A stretch of DNA of 20,000 nt, from the IMG/VR virus record IMGVR_UViG_3300037466_003572. One strand, given 5' to 3'. Position 1 is the first letter of the stretch; each line of letters opens with the position of its first letter. Below the pieces are notes generated by a model, which saw nothing but the letters and a program-made list of their open reading frames with translations, searched no databases and was not told the DNA's origin. The DNA comes from an uncultured virus (IMG/VR IMGVR_UViG_3300037466_003572). Lineage: Duplodnaviria; Heunggongvirae; Uroviricota; Caudoviricetes. The position numbers were made by a program, and so were the translations under genes. Positions 15,796-20,000 of this stretch are shown in pieces.

Positions 15796-16398
15796 TTAAA
15801 CCGTCTTTATATCGTCAAAATATTTATATTTTTTATTTTCGTATTCTGTTTTTAAAATCATTGTTTTCTCTATCCATTCCGGCGGCGCTTCAATTGCTTT
15901 TTGTTGAAAATTAAAACCATCCATATAATAAAAAGCGGCGGTCTGTCCCGGTATTTCAGCGTAAAGCGTTTTCCACGTCTCCACGGGATAGAATAAACGT
16001 TGTGTTAAATAGGCGTTGAATTCCCCGGAGAATGAAAAGGGGCATCCGCAAATTAAATGCGCGTAAATATCGTGAACGGCGCGCCCGGTGTTATTCTGTT
16101 TTTGTGTTAAAAATGGGTGTTTCGATCCTCCACAAAAAATATATATTTTATTTTCTTTTTCAACGCGCGCCCTCATTTCAAAAGCGCTTTTATATTCGTC
16201 ATTTTCTGTAAAAATAACGGGTATATTTATTTTTTCGAAAAGATCCGCGCTTGTCTTTGCGATCAATTCATAATGAAAAGCAATTTTTTCTTTATCTTGT
16301 TTATTTTCATCTATTAAAATGTATTCTTTGCCTATTTCGTATTTTATCGCGTTTTCTATTTTTTTAAAGTCATCATTTTTTAATTGTCTTTTATTCAC
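15796..16398 (-). CDS. Hypothetical protein with an HDxxxH...GE putative metal-binding (zincin-like) motif, 200 aa
   Basis: GTG start, AAGGAG RBS; HPFL...N..GRAVHDIYAH...FSFSGE..AY...LYAEIPGQ...F..QK. Confidence 0.8.
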   Translation of the reverse strand: MNKRQLKNDDFKKIENAIKYEIGKEYILIDENKQDKEKIAFHYELIAKTSADLFEKINIPVIFTENDEYKSAFEMRARVEKENKIYIFCGGSKHPFLTQKQNNTGRAVHDIYAHLICGCPFSFSGEFNAYLTQRLFYPVETWKTLYAEIPGQTAAFYYMDGFNFQQKAIEAPPEWIEKTMILKTEYENKKYKYFDDIKTV

Positions 16399-16432
16399 TT
16401 TTTATTATCTCCTTTTAATATTCCTTTTTATT

Positions 16433-16466
16433 ATTTTACTATAAAAATAAATAAATAGTTAAAAAA
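16433..16466 (-). promoter_or_regulatory. Cassette promoter TTAACT-N18-TAAAAT
   Basis: TTAACT 16462-16457; TAAAAT 16438-16433. Confidence 0.78.
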
Positions 16467-16943
16467 TTATGTATTTTTTATGTTATAATTAATATAAGGA
16501 AAAAAAGAAATAAAAACGGTGTTTTTGTTTGATTCCGAAACGGGAAAAGATAATCTTTTTATCGATTCCACGGCGTGAAAAGTTAAATAAACTTTTTGCG
16601 CCTTTTTTGTTTAAAAAATACGGTATTTTTACAAAAACGCCTCATTTTTCAATCTTTAATATTTTTTTGATAAATATATCAAATGATAAAAATAAAATCG
16701 ATTTAAACGGTATTTATTTAATATTATTATTTTAATATTATTAATTTAATAATTTAAAAAATCGATTGTGGATTTTTGAAAAAATTTGATATTAGGTTTT
16801 AATAATATTAAATTAAAAGTATCAAACTCCGGGGAAAATCTCCCTGGAGAATTTTTTTTATAAAAAATGTGCATAAATGCGATTTTGAATGGTCTATAAT
16901 TTTGCCTCGCGCGCGTGCGTGTGTGTAGAGAAGAAAGTGGATC

Positions 16944-16977
16944 TTTTTTAACTGTTTCTGTAAATATGTGTTAATAT
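16944..16977 (+). promoter_or_regulatory. Cassette promoter TTAACT-N18-TAATAT
   Basis: TTAACT 16948-16953; TGn then TAATAT 16972-16977. Confidence 0.75.
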
Positions 16978-17001
16978 GTGTATATACATGGAGGTGATAG
17001 T

Positions 17002-17373
17002 ATGTTTAATAAAAATGATTTAACTCTTTTAAAGAGTGATGAAAAAATAACAGTTTTATCTTTTAACGATTTTGGCGGTTTATATGCGATTCAGGGGAAA
17101 TTGGTATCGGTAATCATCCGGGACTGGGCACAATATAAAGATGCGATCTATTTAACGTTCATACCAAAGGGAAAACGAAAAGCGCGTTCAGTTGTTTTCC
17201 ACGATCATAAAACGTTTGCAATATATAAAAATCATATCGCGTTAAATACGGAATTACCAAAGGAATATCGTGACGGATTTGTGATTCAAACGATGAAATT
17301 TATGGATAAAGAACGATTTGAATCTATCATGAATACATCAAATGAAACGCCGCTTTACATACATCGAGGTTAA
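17002..17373 (+). CDS. Hypothetical protein, 123 aa
   Basis: Start moved to ATG 17002 (GGAGGTGA RBS); WAQY...FIPKGKRK motif; terminator ATCGAGG-N7-CCTCGAT at 17363-17383. Confidence 0.85.
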   Translation: MFNKNDLTLLKSDEKITVLSFNDFGGLYAIQGKLVSVIIRDWAQYKDAIYLTFIPKGKRKARSVVFHDHKTFAIYKNHIALNTELPKEYRDGFVIQTMKFMDKERFESIMNTSNETPLYIHRG

Positions 17374-17432
17374 TCGCCTCGATTTTTATTTTGGATTTTG
17401 AAAAACGAATTTTGCATTTTGAATTTCAAGTC

Positions 17433-17457
17433 GGGGTTTGGGGATTGGGGCATGGGG
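17433..17457 (+). other. Four-tier G-quadruplex motif
   Basis: GGGG-TTT-GGGG-ATT-GGGG-CAT-GGGG; two more G4 runs at 17474 and 17488. Confidence 0.8.
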
Positions 17458-17507
17458 TTTTCGTTTGCCCGCAGGGGTGCATCCATAGGGGAAAAATATT
17501 TTAATTA

Positions 17508-17569
17508 TTTTTAACTATTTAAAAGATTTTGTACTATAATAAAATCAGTTAATCATGGAGGTGATTTTA
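17508..17569 (+). promoter_or_regulatory. Cassette promoter/leader TTAACT-N18-TATAAT-N6-AGTTAA + RBS; duplicated at 19513-19573
   Basis: The 35-bp TATAATAAAATCAGTTAATCATGGAGGTGATTTTA is identical at 17535-17569 and 19539-19573. Confidence 0.88.
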
Positions 17570-17571
17570 TT

Positions 17572-18408
17572 ATGAAACAATTAAAAACAGGTACATATAC
17601 ATTTAATCAATTAGATTTACGGGCGAAAAGATACGCTGCTGAACAGTTTTTTAATAAATTTTTATCAGAAAGAGATTGGGATCATGAAATTGAAACGATT
17701 CAAGAAGATTTACTTTACAGGGGTGAAGAATTAGGAGTAGATTTTGAAAAAATTTATTGGGATTCATATCCTCATAGAATTACAGAATGGAAAATAAACG
17801 CTTTTAACGAAACATTTTATAAAAACGCTTTTAAAGGTAACAATTTAGAAGAAATAGAAAGTGATTTAGCGAAAGCAGGGGTTTATTTTGAAAATAGAAG
17901 TTATTCATATAACGAGTTTTCCTATGATGCAGAAGATTATATTGAAAATTACTATTTGAAAAATTTAATTCCATTTTTTGAAAAGCACGATAAGGAAATA
18001 TTCAAAATGATTCGTCTTCATGCGTTAACAGATAGCAACATGACGGTAGGAGACGATAAAGAAATACACGATAAGATCCATGAGTACATAATGAAGTTTG
18101 CAGAAAAATTAGATGAATGTTTAAATGGATATCTATCATATATCGATGATGAATTAGAATCATTATTAGCTTCTCATATCAATTATTATGATAGCGATGA
18201 TTATGCGTTTGACGAATTAGAAAATGGACAAGATGAATGGTATGAAGTGACATTTTTAAAAAACGGAAAAATGATTGTCGAGGACGAAATTGAATGTGAT
18301 TCATGCGGTTGCACTTGTTATATCGATGATGAAGAAGTAAAAATTGAAGATTCAAAAGTAATTTGTGAAGATTGTCTTTTGGAAAGCGATGAAGTAAAAG
18401 CGGGATAA
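17572..18408 (+). CDS. Acidic hypothetical protein with a C-terminal CxxC...CxxC zinc ribbon, 278 aa
   Basis: YTFNQL...AK..A N-terminal motif, D/E-rich body, CDSC...CEDC; terminator at 18397-18420. Confidence 0.88.
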   Translation: MKQLKTGTYTFNQLDLRAKRYAAEQFFNKFLSERDWDHEIETIQEDLLYRGEELGVDFEKIYWDSYPHRITEWKINAFNETFYKNAFKGNNLEEIESDLAKAGVYFENRSYSYNEFSYDAEDYIENYYLKNLIPFFEKHDKEIFKMIRLHALTDSNMTVGDDKEIHDKIHEYIMKFAEKLDECLNGYLSYIDDELESLLASHINYYDSDDYAFDELENGQDEWYEVTFLKNGKMIVEDEIECDSCGCTCYIDDEEVKIEDSKVICEDCLLESDEVKAG

Positions 18409-18429
18409 TTCCCGTTTTTTATTTTATTT

Positions 18430-18481
18430 TTATCACAAATGAAAAATCATGCTATAATATAAACAGTTAATATGGAGGTGA
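18430..18481 (+). promoter_or_regulatory. Cassette promoter TTATCA-N17-TATAAT-N6-AGTTAA + RBS
   Basis: TGn then TATAAT 18453-18458; AACAGTTAA 18462-18470; GGAGGTGA. Confidence 0.75.
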
Positions 18482-18485
18482 TTGT

Positions 18486-19151
18486 ATGAAAACAATATTT
18501 TTTCTAGAAAAGTTTTTAAGTGAAGATTTAGATAAAGAAGCGTTCAAAGTAATCATTGGAAAGAAGCTATTTGATAAAGCGGAATACGAGGATTATAAAC
18601 TCGAGGGATACAATGCAGGTATTTTTGACTATCAAAAAGAATCGGGCGATGAATCCAAAGGGATCCATATCGATTTAAAGTTTGAAAATGGTGATGAGTA
18701 TAATTTTACATTTGATTTTTACGATATGGAAAGCGCGTATAAAACGGTAAACAGATTTGTCGATTTTGTTTTCGACTTTTTCGAAAAGGGAATAGCGGTT
18801 GAAAAAGTTTTATCAGAATGGAATGGAAAACATCAATATATGTATTTAGATACTGATTCAGAAAATGAAACAGTGGAATACATTAAAGAAACAGGCGAAA
18901 TCGTTATGTTCGGTACGGAAAAAGAATTAAACAACAGAACATTTGCAAGTATTTATGATTTAAACATGGATGCAGAAAGACAACGCGATTTAGTAGCGCT
19001 GGGAAATCATCCGGACGGAATCGTTTGTGAATGGGGATTCGATCATGAAGCGGGAAAACGAAATAAATTATTTGTACGTGAAGGAATCTGTATGTATGAT
19101 GATATAACACAAAAATACATTTTAATTGAAGAAGTTCATACGGGCATTTAG
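18486..19151 (+). CDS. Acidic hypothetical protein, 221 aa
   Basis: Strong RBS, own promoter, terminator ACGGGC-ATTTA-GCCCGT plus T-run at 19140-19162. Confidence 0.88.
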   Translation: MKTIFFLEKFLSEDLDKEAFKVIIGKKLFDKAEYEDYKLEGYNAGIFDYQKESGDESKGIHIDLKFENGDEYNFTFDFYDMESAYKTVNRFVDFVFDFFEKGIAVEKVLSEWNGKHQYMYLDTDSENETVEYIKETGEIVMFGTEKELNNRTFASIYDLNMDAERQRDLVALGNHPDGIVCEWGFDHEAGKRNKLFVREGICMYDDITQKYILIEEVHTGI

Positions 19152-19234
19152 CCCGTTTTTTATTTTTGTTTTTCCATATTTTCATCCATATAGTTAAAAA
19201 TCGATTATAATAAATACATGGAGGTGATTCATTT

Positions 19235-19483
19235 ATGGATATGAATCTTTATTTAGAAATGTTTTTCGAGGAAAAAGAAATACATAATGAATTATATGAG
19301 ATCGATCATGACGGTGTGATGCACTTCATCGATACAGAAACGATCATCACGATGATAAAACGGTGTGGAGACGAGGAAAAACGGAAAATCGTTGATATAC
19401 TCGAAGAAATCGATTATAAAAACGGGGATATTCAACATTTTTTAAAGCATCTGGCGATTGGATTCGTTAAGATGAATTATTAA
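19235..19483 (+). CDS. Hypothetical phage protein, 82 aa
   Basis: GGAGGTGA RBS, TATAAT at 19206; FFEEKEI...IDYKNGDI.HFLKHLA motif; terminator TCCGGA-TATGC-TCCGGA plus T8 at 19484-19508. Confidence 0.88.
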   Translation: MDMNLYLEMFFEEKEIHNELYEIDHDGVMHFIDTETIITMIKRCGDEEKRKIVDILEEIDYKNGDIQHFLKHLAIGFVKMNY

Positions 19484-19573
19484 TCCGGATATGCTCCGGA
19501 TTTTTTTATTTATTTTAACTATTTTAAAAAATATCGATTATAATAAAATCAGTTAATCATGGAGGTGATTTTA

Positions 19574-19789
19574 ATGTATTTTAATACAATTGAACAAAGA
19601 TTTGAATATCAAGTAAAAGAAATATTAGAAAGTTTTAAGGAAGAAATAGCATATAAGAATGAAGATTTTAAAGATTTAGCGGATGCATGTTGGAAAAATA
19701 GAGAAACATTAAGAACAATTTTTTATGATAAATTATGGGAATATTTTGGAGAAGAGATTTTTAAGGAAGAAAGTGATTCGAATGAATAA
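19574..19789 (+). CDS. Hypothetical protein, 71 aa
   Basis: Start moved to ATG 19574 (GGAGGTGA RBS); promoter TTAACT-N18-TATAAT at 19515-19544. Confidence 0.85.
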   Translation: MYFNTIEQRFEYQVKEILESFKEEIAYKNEDFKDLADACWKNRETLRTIFYDKLWEYFGEEIFKEESDSNE

Positions 19790-19976
19790 AAACGCGGTTA
19801 TCGAGGTTTATTTCTATGGTTTAAATATCAGATACATAAAAGAAATAAAGGAAGAAAATGTTCGTATTTTAGCAAGTTACGAAAAACACGATCAAAATAA
19901 AATACACGAGTTTATGCTTCATTTAGAAAAATATTATGTAATAAACAAGTATTGGATGCATGAATCTTATTTGTAA
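19782..19976 (+). CDS. Hypothetical protein, 64 aa
   Basis: ATG 19782 overlaps the end of the upstream gene; followed directly by a terminator. Confidence 0.72.
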   Translation: MNKNAVIEVYFYGLNIRYIKEIKEENVRILASYEKHDQNKIHEFMLHLEKYYVINKYWMHESYL

Positions 19977-19978
19977 TT

Positions 19979-20000
19979 GGCGCCTCCGGGCGCTTTTTTT
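19979..20000 (+). terminator. Intrinsic terminator
   Basis: GGCGCC-TCCG-GGCGCT followed by TTTTT. Confidence 0.8.

Noticed and set aside
16529..16735. 68-aa plus-strand ORF after the orphan -10 box
   Set aside because: TTG start with no properly spaced RBS, low-complexity translation and no adjacent terminator; left uncalled.
929..19185. Short antisense or alternate-frame ORFs in the track (e.g. 929-1180, 2193-2438, 3604-3897, 5748-6020, 8831-9082, 10233-10502, 11010-11339, 16088-16317, 18904-19185)
   Set aside because: They lie inside or opposite well-supported genes and have no RBS or recognisable motifs.
13509..19573. CRISPR array
   Set aside because: The repeats are separated by whole genes (hundreds of bp, irregular spacing) and no cas genes are present.
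13337..20000. Canonical integron (IntI + attC array), suggested by TTTTAAC...GTTAA pairs between genes
   Set aside because: The pairs span only about 44 bp, do not match RYYYAAC/GTTRRRY exactly and lack L-box pairing. Each cassette has its own promoter, and the recombinase lacks the size and extra domain of IntI.
1..20000. tRNA, rRNA or insertion sequences
   Set aside because: No cloverleaf with T-loop/D-loop consensus, rRNA-like segment or transposase was seen by eye; tRNAscan-SE was not run.

Overview
This is a segment of a Firmicutes (probably Bacillales) myovirus or prophage. Positions 1-12.2 kb hold a minus-strand packaging, head and neck module: HTH protein, permuted papain-like peptidase, DEDDh exonuclease, large terminase, terS-like HTH, SPP1-type portal, minor head protein, scaffold, major capsid, four head-tail genes and the 5' end of an XkdK-like tail sheath gene. 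A short tyrosine recombinase is inserted in the opposite orientation just upstream of terL. The minor head gene looks truncated in the ORF track, but it is split by a 474-nt group I intron (4495-4968) inside its HPNCRH motif; the intron carries only a NUMOD1-type remnant of a homing endonuclease. Positions 12.2-13.35 kb are non-coding and contain a dif-like 11-6-11 recombination core flanked by direct repeats. Positions 13.35-20 kb are an AT-rich, divergent array of 12 self-contained expression units (15 small genes). These share a TTTTAACYRTT promoter/operator motif, have duplicated leaders and terminators, and include a four-tier G-quadruplex motif. All calls come from reading the sequence by eye; no database searches were run.
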